Source: Takakia lepidozioides
Lineage: Eukaryota > Plantae > Bryophyta
Reading direction: 5' to 3'
Length of the DNA stretch: 64,000 nt
NCBI GenBank assembly: GCA_030704615.1
Contig: CM060732.1
Location: forward strand, 73,718,001 to 73,782,000
The position numbers and the translations under genes are program-made. A model generated the notes under the pieces. That model did not search any database. It worked only from the letters and a program-made list of their open reading frames with translations, and was not told the origin of the DNA. This document shows positions 52,302-64,000 of this stretch, piece after piece; the stretch's first letter is position 1, and each line of letters opens with the position of its first letter.

Positions 52302-52804
52302 AACAGCCCACATTTGTAGGATGGACAAACTTCTTCACATCGTACATTAAGAAAAAGCCACACCTTGCGATTGCGGTTGTCGCACCATCGTGAAGGATCT
52401 TTAAAAAACTCATGCCAGCTCTGCTCCATGATTCAAATTCAGGGCTGAGTCTAATGAGATGGCAAAACAGGCTGAAATAGGTCGAAGAAGAAGGTGCCCT
52501 CACCACATTGTCCTCGACCTTATGTCATGACCCATGGAGGATTTGACTGACCATGAACCCAAGATGACCTTTTGTGTGTGCTGCTTGTGTCTGTAGTCAG
52601 GTAATGTCGGATTGGTCTGTCAGAACCACCACGGTGCAGCTGAGCGGGTAGAAATTGAAACACGGCTTGCTAAGACCAAGCTGAATCTCCCAAGAACGGC
52701 GAGTTCCCAGCCGAAACCTCCTCGGACACATACCCTAGCATTTCTAGGATGCTTGCTTCAGATGCGAAGGTTGCTCCAACTGCGGGCCTCCCATGCATGT
52801 TTGC

Positions 52805-52913
52805 CCTCCCTCCCGCTCGCTCGCTCGCTCTAAGTCCCAGTCATCTCTCTCTCTCCCTCCGCTCGCTCTAAGTCCCAGCCCTCTCTCTCTCTCCCTCCCG
52901 CTCGCTCTAAGTC
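52805..52913 (+). repeat. ~39-bp CT-rich tandem repeat x3
   Basis: CCCTCC(C)GCTCGCTCTAAGTC recurs three times. Confidence 0.8.
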
Positions 52914-52980
52914 TGTTCACAGCTACCGTTATGGGCAACTTTTTAAGTTTTTTAACCTTTTTGTAAACCCTAAAAGCTCA

Positions 52981-53195
52981 TTTTTTCGTTTTTTTCGTTT
53001 TTTTCTTTTCTTAAAGGAAACCACAGGCCCTTGAGGAGGGGGTAAAATTCACCCGCCTTCATTTATGGGCCATAAGACCTACAGGACGATCAATGCCCAG
53101 ACATACCGTCACGAACAATCCCACACACGGGATATGGGCAACGGGTTTGAACCCCAAACCACCAGGGCGACACACTGTGCACTTACCAGTCGATG
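52981..53195 (-). mobile_element. tRNA-headed SINE with A-rich tail
   Basis: Minus strand reads GACTGGTAAGTGCAC...GGGGTTCAAACCCG (B-box), then a body ending AAGGGCCTGTGGTTTCCTTT and an (AAAAAAACG)n-type tail. Confidence 0.6.
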
Positions 53196-53841
53196 TTTTT
53201 TTTTTAAAATCTTTTTGCACTTTGATTTTGTTTTGTTTTGTTTTTAAATTCATTCTAGTGGTCAGAGTCTCCGTTTTTTCAAAATATAAATACTCATATA
53301 TTATATATATAACCAGAAAAGGATGTGTCGACACGTGTAGTCATGTAGTGATTCATCCATGTGATGATCTGGGCAGAATGCATTAGAATGTGAGTCATGA
53401 AGTCATATGTCTGTCTAGCAATATGCACACGTCATTCCAGTGTAGCCATGATCGTGACTGGTAGTCATATCTGCCATGCCAATATTCGTGGTCAAACATG
53501 TTTGACCTGTGTTGCACAGAGTCCGGAGCCATGCAGTCGCATATACGTCTTCCCTAGACCTACATTATGACTTCAAAAACATTTTACGACTGCAAATGGC
53601 GTTTCTGCCACAAATCTGTCATGACTGCGCACACATGGGAGTCATAAAAGCCGCAATATGTTGGAGTGACACATAAAAGGTTAAGAACAGGGCTTGTCCC
53701 CTTAGGAGAGGATATATCAAGAGCAGCCAAGTCCTCCAAGGTCACCATAGGCTTGCCTACATGAGGTTCAACCGTGTAAGAGTATCTGCATTGGAATTCT
53801 CCTTCCCCTTCTTGTAGACAATGTCAAGGTCAAACTCCTGC

Positions 53842-54465
53842 TGTCAAGGACGAGAACATGACTGAACACAAATAAGAGATCAGACTAGAGGTACAAGATT
53901 AGACAAGAAGTCAAGGTCGGCATGGCCGTATGCACGATGAGTAAATAGGAAACAAGACGATCTTTATAAAAATGAACAAGATTACAAGATATTGGAACAC
54001 GACTTGAATACTGGAATGCTGGAAACTGGACTGGAGTACCAGATACTGGAAACTGGGCTAAAGTACTGGGAACTGGAAACAAGAGTAGCTTGAACTGGTG
54101 TTGGCGAGACTGAAGAGTGTCCAGTCTCGCCTCCTATATATACTGGCTACTTAAAAGCTTCCCTAAGAAGCTTCCCCTATGGAGGTTTCTTGCTGGAGAA
54201 GTTTCCGAGATTAAACAAAGGTTTCTTGATGGAGAAGCTTCCTTAAACAAATGAGGTATCTTGATGGAGAAGTTTCCTCCAAAGGAAGCTTCCTGAGCAG
54301 TTTCCCAAGTTACTCTTGATAATTTGGTAAACTCCCGATAACTTGGTAAGTAATGGTAAATCATGGTAGATCATGGTAAATTATGGTAAGTCATGGTAAC
54401 TTTCGGTAACTTGGTAACTTCTGGTATTTACTCCTCGTAAGTTCCTCTGGGCTATGTCCGTGACA
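53842..54465. mobile_element. Solo LTR (624 bp) inserted in the gypsy RNase H
   Basis: Termini TGTCAAGGA ... TCCGTGACA with TSD CCTGC on both sides. Removal restores MFLQ-EFDLDIVYKKGKENSNADTL. Confidence 0.9.
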
Positions 54466-55900
54466 CCTGCAGGAACATAGCCCCATCGTGCCAGTCTACC
54501 ATACAACTCACGAGGCCAAAGCAATGCCTTAAGGGGAAGATGATCAGTCTCAACCACAAACTTGCTGCCATGCAAATACTGTCTGTAGTGTTTAATACCA
54601 AAGATCAAAGCTAACCCCTCATTATCAGTGATAGAGTAGTTCTTTTCACGCTTGTCCAGCTTCCTAGAGGCATAAACAATGGCATGCTCCTTCCCATCAA
54701 CTACTTGACACAAAATGGCAGAGATGGCAACATCAGAAGCATCTGTTTGCATCTTGAAAGACAGGTGAAAATTGGGAAACATAAGGACTAGAGCAGTGGT
54801 GAGAGCAACCTTCAACCTGTCAAAGACAACTTGTTGGAAAGTGCCCCATTCAAAGCGAACATCCTTAGCCAGAAGCTTGGTCAAAGCAAAAGCAATCATG
54901 GCAAAATGTTTGATGAACCTCCAGTAGTAAGAAGCCAAACCAATGAAGGATTTAACACAGTGTTTGTCCTTGGGAATGTGAAACTCCCAGACAGAGCGAA
55001 GCTTCTCAGGATCAGGCTTAAGACATGCATAATTCACATGACCCAAGAAGTGAAGCTCAGACATGCACAATTCACATTTCTTTGGCTTAACCTTTAACCA
55101 TGCAGCTCTAAGTCTGCTGAAGACACGTTACAAATCAAGAAGATGGGCTTCAAAGGTGGCTGAATATACATTGATGTCATCAATGTATATCAAAGCACAC
55201 TCCCACCTCAAATTTCCAAGGACAATATCCATTAGGCACTGGAAGGTAGAAGTTGCATTGCACAAACCAAAGGCATGGTCTCATACTGGTACTTGCCCAT
55301 CCTACAGACAAAGGAGGTTTTCTCTTTTGCTTCCTCAGTCAGAGGCACTTGCCGAAATCCAGAGGCCAAGTCTAAGGAAGAAAACACAGTGGCTCCATGT
55401 AACATGTCAAGGGTCTCATTGATCCTGGGGAGGGGATATGCATCTTTCTTGGTGACTGTATTAAGACGCCTGAAGTCCACACAAAAGCGAGTATTTCCAT
55501 CTTTCTTCCCTACAAGGACTATGGGACTGGCCCAAGGAGAGATGGAAGGCTTAATCACACCAACATCAAGCATTTTTTGATTTCCTCTTACACAATAGCC
55601 CTCTCTTTCACACTCTCTCTATAGACAAATTGCTTGACAGGAGGTCCCTCAGTCTCAATATCATGCTGCCGGATATTGGTCTTCCCAAGGTCATAAGCTC
55701 CAAGACTGAACACATCCAGGTTGTGAGCTATCAAGGTCTCAACTTGTTTCTTTTGGGCTTTCTCAAGTAAGGGGTTGAGTTTGATCTCACCAAGGACTTT
55801 GGCAAGGGCTTCTCTTTCTTGAGCATTGAGTCTATTCTTGAAGCTCAGAAGAGTGGCTGGAAAAAGCAGTGACCAGATCTGATTGATCATGGACAATGCC
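54466..55900 (-). pseudogene. Gypsy reverse transcriptase and RNase H, frameshifted
   Basis: SPWASPIVLVGKKDGNTRFCVDFRRLN, YPLPRI, LDLASGF, LIYIDDI (~55180), QTDASDVAI, YASRKL. Confidence 0.93.
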
Positions 55901-55945
55901 TAAGGCTTCAAAACCAAAAGCAGACTGGACTTCACCAATCTCTTC

Positions 55946-56240
55946 TAAGGGACGGGCAGAAATTCTAGCAAGCACTTGCCCCTTCTTGATGGTCACAGGA
56001 AACCTTCCAGGATTGGCTATAAGAAGCTTGACTTCATCTTTGTAACCTCTATCAAGAACCCCAGTAACAACAAGGCAATGATTTAAGGCGGTAAGCCTCC
56101 TCCATCCATCAACCTCAAGGTAGTGTCCCTTAGGACAAAGATAGGCCAATTGGGTCTTGACCACTCTCTGGCACATAGATGGACTAGTGACATCATATGG
56201 AGCTCTAATCAAAGTACTGTTCTTTTGCACCACAATGGGA
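55946..56240 (-). other. dUTPase-like domain within pol (between protease and RT)
   Basis: VVKTQLAYLCPKGHY...GVLDRGYKDEVKLLIANPG...IKKGQVLARI follows the trimeric dUTPase pattern. Motif 3 is clear; motifs 1, 2 and 5 are degenerate. Confidence 0.72.
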
Positions 56241-56379
56241 ACACCAGACTTTTGACCAGAGCTAGGTACATGCCACTCATACATCAAGGCAAGATCTGGC
56301 TTGTATTTGTAAAAATCCAGCCAAGACATGTTGTGGTGGATCCTTTGCCTTACCTCCCTTACCATGGCTTGAACTTGGG

Positions 56380-57437
56380 TTGGCAGTAGCAGTGCCTACA
56401 TGCATCTTGACAGTCTTGAGAGGCACTATAACTTCATGTCCTTCTCCATTGGGTAGGGAGTTGTCCCCAAGGTTGATGGTAGCTTGAGCCCCTGTCATCC
56501 AATCCAATCCCAACAAGAACTGGTCTCCTACTGTAACTATGCAAGTAATCAAGACCTCTTTCTTGTGAATTCTAATAGGGTTAGTGACCGGCCCCAAGGG
56601 CTCATACCTTGACCCATCTGCAATGATGACCTCCATGCCTTGTGCAGGGGTCAACTTGAGGCCAAAGTACCTGCAAGGGGATGGCAGACATGGTACATCC
56701 AGTATCTACAACACATGGAAAACTGAAATGATGCACATGACATTGTGTGATCAAGGGACTTATGTTAGGCACTTGACATTTCTTGGCTAGTTCACAATCA
56801 AGAGATCTTTTTAGTTTAAATGTGTGTGGGCAGCCCGGTTGGAAGACTCTGCCTTCTTCTTCTCTTTGATATAATCAGCATAGCCCTCACGGTCAGGACA
56901 TACCTTAGTGTAATGCTCATCACTGCCACAAATATAACAAAGAGCAAACTTCCTCTCATAAGTAGCCCCTGTTTGTGTCTTACCTCTGAACCCTCCACCT
57001 TTACCTCTCTGCTGATCTCTAGGTTGTATTCAGCTCTTTGCTAGTCTCTGGGTCTCCACTCAGTCCTCTGCTGATCAGCCTTCAAGGCTGCAAATTGAGT
57101 AGCTATGTTTTTTCCCAACTCACCCACAGTGTGAGCCAATTCTTGCAAAGCAGAGTCACTAAACTCACATCCTACAGGAGAGGTCTCTCTCTCATCAAAT
57201 GTGGCGGCCATGGTGTCTTCATGATCCATATAAGGGATCTGAAATTTCACACGGTGTCACCTTTGCTTTGCTTCAGCCAGGTCCTTAAGCTTAAGACTAA
57301 CCTCATGCAACATCTCATCACTATCCCTTAAAGTACGACGTTGTCCCCAGGCTTTCACTTCTACTGACATGCCTCTCAAGAAGGGTTGTCTTAGCAACCT
57401 CTCCCTAATAAGTACAACATCTTTATGCACTTGTTCA
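56380..57437 (-). pseudogene. Gypsy gag C-terminus, CCHC knuckle and aspartic protease
   Basis: CYICGSDEHYTKVC (~56898-56940); CVVDTGCTMSAI (~56685-56720); IIADGS...LLGLDWM. Confidence 0.85.
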
Positions 57438-58519
57438 CACTCGAAGAAAAACGCGGAATAACCACTGGCCCCCTTAACCACTCTTGTCTTTTATCACTCT
57501 ATAAATCACTCCAAGTAATGGTAACCACTGGTCAGTGGTTAATTCCGATGAAATGCCACGGTGGCATCATATGGAGTGGTTGGAAGTGGTTTCAACCACT
57601 GAGTAATCCACGTGTAATATTTAATTTTATATTTATTATTCGACATTTGGTCAAATATTTATATTAATAATGATAATATCTGACATGGACGGGTACAGTG
57701 ATAAATTATGAGTGGTTAAAGACACCTCAGTGATGGGAAGTGGTTGAAACCACTTTCTACTCCACGTGTAATAAATTTTTTTTTAGATTTTTATCATTTC
57801 AAAATATATTATTCCACGTGGACGAGGATAGTATACGTAGATCTGGAGTGGTTAAAGACCCCCCAGTGATTGGTACCACTTGCACAGTGGTGGAATGTGA
57901 GTGGTTAAGACCCTTTTGTGACAGGAACCACTCTTCAAGTGGGCACTTGTGAGTGGTTACATACACGTGAGTGATTGGTACTACTTCTGTGGTGGGTTGT
58001 GAGTGGTTGAAGACACATGAGTGATGGGAGGTGATTGAAACCACTTGTACTCCACGTGTAATAATTCAATTTTTATTTAAGATTTATCATTTCAAAATAT
58101 ATTTAATTATGAACTATATTATTCCACGTGGACGGGGACAGTATACGTAGATCTGGAGTGGTTAAAGACCCCCATTGATTGGTACCACTTTGAAAGTGGT
58201 GTAGAGTGAGTGGTTACAGACCATTTAGTAACTGGAACCACTCGGCTAGTGGTTACGCGTTAGTGATTACATACACACCAGTGATTGGTATTACTTTTGT
58301 GGTGAAAAACTTTAGTGGTTTGTGTGTTGATGGAAAACCCAAAATCCATCCATCTATCTCTACATTCATCCATCCAGTCATGAGTGAGGGGACTTAGCGT
58401 TTTTTTTTGTCTTCCCTGCCATTGTGGCATCTGTTTGTTTTCTTAATGTCGAGTTTGATCGTGAAAGACAAACATGACAGAGCTATGTTTGTTTTCTTAT
58501 AGTGTCGAGTCTGATCATG

Positions 58520-58860
58520 AGAGACGACGAGCGGAGCTGGTGGGATAGGGACAGACATGGACTCAAGACCTAGAATCGGGGCATGAAGGTGGGACAACCG
58601 CGATCGCAAGGTGTGGCTTTTTCTCAATGTACAATGACGAGCGAAGCTGGTGGGATAGGGGGCAGACAGGGACTCAAGACCTAGAATCGGGGTATGAAGG
58701 CGTGCACGATGATGGGACAACCGCGATTGCAAGGTGTGGCTTTTCTCAATGTACAATGACGAGCGGAGCTGGTGGGATAGGGGGCAGACAGGGACTCAAC
58801 CCCTAGAATTGGGGCATGAAGGCATGCACGATGGTGGGACAACCACGATCGCGGGGTTTG
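58520..58860 (+). repeat. ~120-bp tandem repeat x3
   Basis: GACGAGCG(G/A)AGCTGGTGGGATAGGG...CTAGAAT.GGGG.ATGAAGG...GGGACAACC recurs three times. Confidence 0.9.
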
Positions 58861-60161
58861 ATACTCATGGGAGAAGGAACAACATTCTGAATTACAGTAG
58901 GAGGTCATGAAAGTGCTTGAGTGCTATGGAATGGGTGTGTCTGCTGATGAAGTGTTGTTGGTGTACTGCCTTTAGATGTTGCTCATGCCAGCGGTACAAT
59001 CATTAAAGTAGGGGATGTCTTGTGTGAAGAGATGGTGAAAGGATTGTTGAACATCTGCTGAACTTGGTTGGAAGAAGGACACAAATGAAGGATAGTGGGG
59101 AAGAATGCCAATGACATATGAAGAGGGCAATGTACCTACTATGGGGGTAGGCTGTAGCTTTTATGAAAGAAGATATCAGGTGGCATGCATTTGTTCCCTA
59201 CTACTTGTATCAATCAGCTTAGGAACATTCATAGACTGAGATCTACAATCAGTGGGGCATAAGGGTCTTTCAAATAGTTAAAATGCAGTTTTAAGGAGGA
59301 GTTAAAAGTGGGGGCTCTGTGATATCATGCCCTCTTCATGCAAAGGGAAAGAGAAGAGAAATATGAAATAGAGAAGCTAGGGTTTTGCATTTTCATTTAA
59401 GTAGATGTGAATGATGTCAAAACACCATGCATCAATGTACAATCCATGGGCAGGATATGAAGGGGTAGCAATGTCATGCCAAAGGGGATCTGTTTCTTAG
59501 ATAGCTGTAGTATTAATAAATAAGGAAAAGGAGAGCTCATGTGTAGAAACTAGGGCCTTTGCATTTTGGTTTACAGTAGAGTAAGTGGCACACATATTTC
59601 TGCACTTACCTAGTCCAAGTATGGGCCAGAGGGGTATCTTTGATATGTTTACACTGTGGATAGGATCTGATCTGTATAAGGATCAGAATGTACACCCTGT
59701 GATTTTCCAATGATGACATCTGTAGGGAAGAAGAACCCTGGCATATATGATGATCTGTTCACTAAAGAGACCCAATAACAATTTAGATAACCTCAGCCCT
59801 GTCCATGTCTTCTCTTCCGCTGCGGCGTGGATAAGGGTATAAAGTCTCTGGTCATAAATAGATTTAGAATGAATTAAGTAGGGTCTGAGTCATTTTAGAA
59901 AGAGCAAGTAGGTTGATGTCATAGGGCAGGGCCATGGATCACTGCTCAAGAAACAGTTAACTATAGTTTACCAGAAGGGTTTCATGCCCATTCTTTTTCA
60001 CACTACAGTGTGGCTTTTCCTTAATGTAGGATGTGAAGAAGTTTGTCCATCCTGCAAATGTGGGCTTTTGGCTCCTGTTAGTACGGTATTCTTCCTGATG
60101 TTTACAAGGTTCTTGGGAGAATCACCTTGGTCTTAGCAGCCCGCTGATTCATTTCCTGATT

Positions 60162-60675
60162 CAACCTATTTCAGACTGTTTTGCCCTCTTATCAGACTCG
60201 GGCCTGATATGCATATTGAATTCTGCAAGTTAGCTCGTTGGTGCAAGAGAGAGAGTCAGCTTGTCTTAGCAGGCCGTGAGGGCACCTTCTTCTTCAACCT
60301 ATTTCAGCCTGTTTTGCCCTCTTATCAAACTCAGGCTAATATACATATTGAATTATGTTAAATTAGCTCATTGGTGCAAGAGAGAGAGTCAGGTTGGTCT
60401 TAGCAGGCCGTGAGGGCACCTTCTTCTTCAACCTATTTCAGCCTGTTTTGCCCTCTTATCAGACTCGGGCCTGATATGCATATTGAATTCTGTAAGTTAG
60501 CTTGTTGGTGCTAGAGAGAGAGTCAGGTTGGTCTTAGCAGGCCGTGAGGGCACCTTCTTCTTCAACCTATTTCAGCCTGTTTTGCCCTCTTTTCAGACTC
60601 GGGCTTGATATGCATATTGAAATCTGTACGTTAGCTCGTTGGTGCAAGAGAGAGAGTCAGCTTGGTCTTAGCAGG
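60162..60675 (+). repeat. ~134-bp tandem repeat x4
   Basis: CAACCTATTTCAG.CTGTTTTGCCCTCTT starts at 60162, 60295, 60429 and 60563. Confidence 0.92.
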
Positions 60676-60689
60676 TTGTGCCTTGTTCA

Positions 60690-60832
60690 AAGCTGGAATT
60701 GTACCTAATGTCATTCTGAACACTGCCTGGCAACTCTGGAAAAGGGGAAAGAGGTCGACATGTTTGCAAAATGAAGGCCTTGCTTGGTGCCTGCAGAATC
60801 CATGGCAATGTGGAGATGGCTGAACGTGCGAC
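60690..60832 (+). pseudogene. PPR fragments including an E-domain piece
   Basis: AGIVPNVILNTA, then ALLGACRIHGNVEMAERA (typical E-domain start). Confidence 0.8.
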
Positions 60833-62621
60833 ATGAAGGTGTATTCTTCAACACATTTCACCTTGTTTTTCCCTGTTACCAGAGTAGTCCCTAAATTTTC
60901 ATGTAGAATTCTGCAAGTTAGCTCATTTGTGATGTAAGGTTACATGAGTTTTATACCGATCCTTTACGATGGTGGGACAACCGCAATCACCAGGTGTGGC
61001 TTTTCTTAATGTACGATGTGAAGAAGTTTGTCCATCGTGCAAATGTGGGCTCTTTATACCTGTGAGTACCATGATTTGGTATTCTTCCTAATGTTTACAA
61101 GGTTATTGGGAGAGTCAGCTTGCAAGTCTTAGCAAGCCGTGTTTCAATCTCTCCCTGCTCAGCTGGCCGTGGTGGTTCTCACAGACCAATCCGACATTAC
61201 CTGACTACAGACAAACAGCACGCACAAGAGGTCATTTTGGGTTGATGGTCGGTCAAATCCTCCATGGGTCAAGGACAATGTGGTGAGGGCACGTTTCAGC
61301 CTGTTTTGCCCTCTCATCAGACTTGGCCCTGAGATGCATGTTGAATTATGCATGGGTGATAAGTAGGGTTGGGTGTTTGCTGGAACAATTGTAGGTTGTC
61401 ATTGTCAGCCACTAGCAGCAAAGGAAGGATGTATGCATGATTTGTGCAGAGCTTGGATAGCTGAGGGAGCAGGGGTAGAGTCTGGCCGGTCCAGATTCAT
61501 CCAAGAGGGCGGGACTTCAAGCTCATGATTACCTATAATTCCATGTGGATCAATAGCTGCAAGAAACCTGCAAGAAACCTGCAAGAAAGCAGTTCAGTGT
61601 TCCTAGCATGCATGCGGAGATGCCGTGTAGAAGTTAGGCTTAGACTTTTATCATGGCTGGATTTTGTTGACATTGTTCCAGCACTTACTCTCTGGGATTT
61701 TATTTTATTTTGTGGAGCTTGAATCCCCAATGGTACTTCTTTCACTACAATAGTGGTATGTGTTCCTCTAGTCATGTTCATAATCACTTGCACATCACTG
61801 TAATAGTGGTATAATTTAAAACTGTGGGAGTAGCCAAATGCACACAATTGCCTACATTACCACTTGTATAGTGGTATAAGTAGTCACATATATATTATTG
61901 TACTAGTGGTATGAATTCCTCCAGTGGTATTCCTAATCACTTACACATCACTCTATTAGTAATGACTCCAATCCATAGTTCCCACTTAGAGAGACACCAT
62001 GAATGACTCAAATAGCTTACACACCACTCTGTGGGTAATCATTCCAATGACCTACTGAGAGACGTCATCCACTCACATAACCACTCTGTGAGTGATATTG
62101 TATATTCTCAATTTTCATGGAATGACTCTATGAGTCATTTTGTGGTCACTCAACAAGTGGTTTCGGAAGTCATTGAATTTTTCACTCCATCCATTTCGTA
62201 GCACTGACACACGACACGTGTCCATGTTGAGAGTTTCGCCACATGTCGACATAATCTCCAATATCATCCACGGACCACCGGCTTACACGTCTCCACTACA
62301 AAACGGAAGTTGTTACTTTACCACTATGACACATCAGTTTACCACTGTGACACGTCATAAGTGGTTGGTTTACCTCAGTGACACGTCATTGACATGTCAC
62401 AGTGGTTAATTTACCACCGTGACACGTCAGCTAACAGGTGGACCCGGACGTGAGTGGTTCGAACCACTGTCCTTAACCACCAGTGCCACGTAATGTCTTT
62501 TACCACTCACTTGTCCTAATGCACTGGTTCTTCATCACTCTGAGGCCAGAGTGGTTTAGTGTCTTTTACCACTCAAAATGAGTGGTTAACAGAGTGGTTA
62601 TTCCACGTTTTTCTTCTAGTG

Positions 62622-63954
62622 TCAACAGCAACAGCCCTTAGATCTAAAAAGTATTGCCAAAGAGACTCACCCTCCTTGTATGGCCGGGTGTAGTCTGAGC
62701 CCCAGTAACGGTCACTTCTCCAAGTTCGAGACAAGACAGTGCTCGGCGGCCAATGCCCGATGGAGTAAAAAATGTTCAGTTTACGAATCGAGCGGAGAGC
62801 GAATTGCTCGTTAGGAAGAATAACAAGATCTCCTTGAAGAGCCTTCTCACTATATGACCCATGAGAGAATCAACAAGGTCACGGGTAGTAGGTGTACACA
62901 CCGCAAGACTCCCAAATCTTAACAATCGTAACAAAATCGCACCAATGCCATTGGTGAACAAAGCGAAATGCCAGGGATCCACAAAATCGCAGGACACCAG
63001 TGGAATGTCAAGGGACTGAACGGAGATTTGTTCGCAAAGCCCAAACTGCCTGAATTCCAGGGCACTGTAAGACAAAAATCGACTTTTGAGTTCGGGGATA
63101 GGCACCTTGAATTGTCTCCTCAAAGCTAGCTCTTTTTCAATCACACTATGGACTTCCCTCACCAGTAAAGCAGGATCGCTGATCCAGGCAGAGACTCTCT
63201 CCCGTTCAGTAGCTGATAAACGCGAGACGTCCACAAAAAATCCAGATTCAAATTTATCAATCCACACCAAGTCGTCACTGCTCAATTCGAGCTGGTCATT
63301 GTCAAACACAAGAGAGTCCTGGATTTGTGAGTTAACATCAGGCAGCCCCTCAAGATCGTAAGCAGGCTCAACATAGCCCAAACCGTAATTAGCTCTGTCA
63401 GGGTCACCGCTTGGCAAAGAGCCCGAACTCACTGAGCCACGAGCCGAATACAAAGCTCTTTCTTCAAATGCCGCTTCTGCCTTAGCATACGCCGAGTAGT
63501 TAGAGCCCGAGGAGGTAGGTCTTTCAATGTCAGCAATAGGAACCCCTGGAATCAACAATGGAACACGTGCGGCAGGAGCTGCAGGCACTTCCGAAACTGG
63601 ATGACCATCCACCACTTGCAAACTGGGAGCAAATATAGGAACACCTAAAACTAACTGGCTAGAACCCACCACGTCAGAGTTTGCAACCTCCACTCTCAGT
63701 TCTATCTTAACCAAAATCGAGCCGCCGTCCTCTGTCTCGCTTGACAAGCTACAAAGAACTGCAGACGCCATTGCAACACACAACGAACAAGCAAGACAAA
63801 CAAATGCAAGTGCACAACGCGAAGAGTGAAGCTGCCGCCGCCATCGCAACTTCCTCTTGAACCAAAAACTTCTTCCAAAACCAGATTGAACCCGAGGTAA
63901 CCGCACAAAATCAATGTACGTGCGGAGCCGCCACCACCCACAAGACTCCACCAT
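62622..63954 (-). pseudogene. 5' ORF/gag N-terminal region of the minus-strand gypsy element
   Basis: A 392-codon ORF starts at the PBS, followed in another frame by gag-like EGESLWQYFLDL. There is no recognisable motif in the ORF itself; the call is positional. Confidence 0.6.
63946..63953 (-). other. Putative PBS (tRNA-Ala-like)
   Basis: TGGTGGAG directly after the LTR repeat, complementary to the 3' CUCCACCA of tRNA-Ala. Only an 8-nt match. Confidence 0.55.
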
Positions 63955-64000
63955 ATTTTGTGCTTGAATGAGATTCTCCCATCCTCACAAGTGCACGTTA
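63954..64000 (-). repeat. Inner end of the 5' LTR (truncated by the window)
   Basis: 47 bp identical to 42952-42998. Confidence 0.9.

Larger units (their letters stand above)
45385..53668. mobile_element. Non-autonomous cargo-carrying CACTA element 1 (8.3 kb)
   Basis: TIRs CACTACAACAGATTGCGGCTTTTATG / CATAAAAGCCGCAATATGTTGGAGTG, TSD ACA on both sides, no recognisable transposase. Inserted between the gypsy RNase H and integrase. Confidence 0.9.
57438..62621. mobile_element. Non-autonomous cargo-carrying CACTA element 2 (5.2 kb)
   Basis: TIRs CACTCGAAGAAAAACGCGGAATAACCACT / AGTGGTTATTCCACGTTTTTCTTCTAGTG, TSD TCA, many subterminal AACCACT/AGTGGTT motifs. Removal restores gag GESLWQYFLDLRAVAV-EQVHKDVV. 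Confidence 0.92.
42942..64000 (-). mobile_element. Ty3/gypsy LTR retrotransposon without chromodomain and with a dUTPase-like domain; fragmented by nested insertions; 5' LTR runs off the window
   Basis: 63954-64000 is identical to 42952-42998 (LTRs). PBS TGGTGGAG, gag, CCHC knuckle, protease VDTG, RT YIDD, RNase H, integrase and a G-rich PPT at 43423-43436 all lie in order on the minus strand. Confidence 0.92.

Overview
Eukaryotic, TE-dense plant genomic DNA, probably from a non-seed land plant (inferred from PLS-type PPR fragments and the TE mix; not provable here). The only clearly intact host gene is an intronless plastid [2Fe-2S] ferredoxin (22084-22536, +). Positions ~28300-64000 are a nest of retroelements. 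(1) A decayed L1-type LINE on the minus strand is split by a young, full-length chromodomain Ty3/gypsy element (34377-41346, TSD CTGGA). (2) A second, older minus-strand Ty3/gypsy element (42942 to beyond the window end) is interrupted by two non-autonomous CACTA elements carrying PPR-derived cargo and by a solo LTR. This second gypsy element is the most unusual object. It has a dUTPase-like domain between protease and RT. It also has a split terminal-repeat layout: the right-hand att sequence is missing from the 5' LTR but sits between the PPT and the 3' LTR as a CA-TA-TG palindrome, which suggests integration via a circular intermediate. Other notable items are two paralogous long MIRNA-like hairpins (17516-18309), a TTAA-flanked piggyBac-like element, two 4-bp-TSD Sola-like elements and tRNA-derived SINEs. 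All calls come from reading the sequence by eye; no searches were run.
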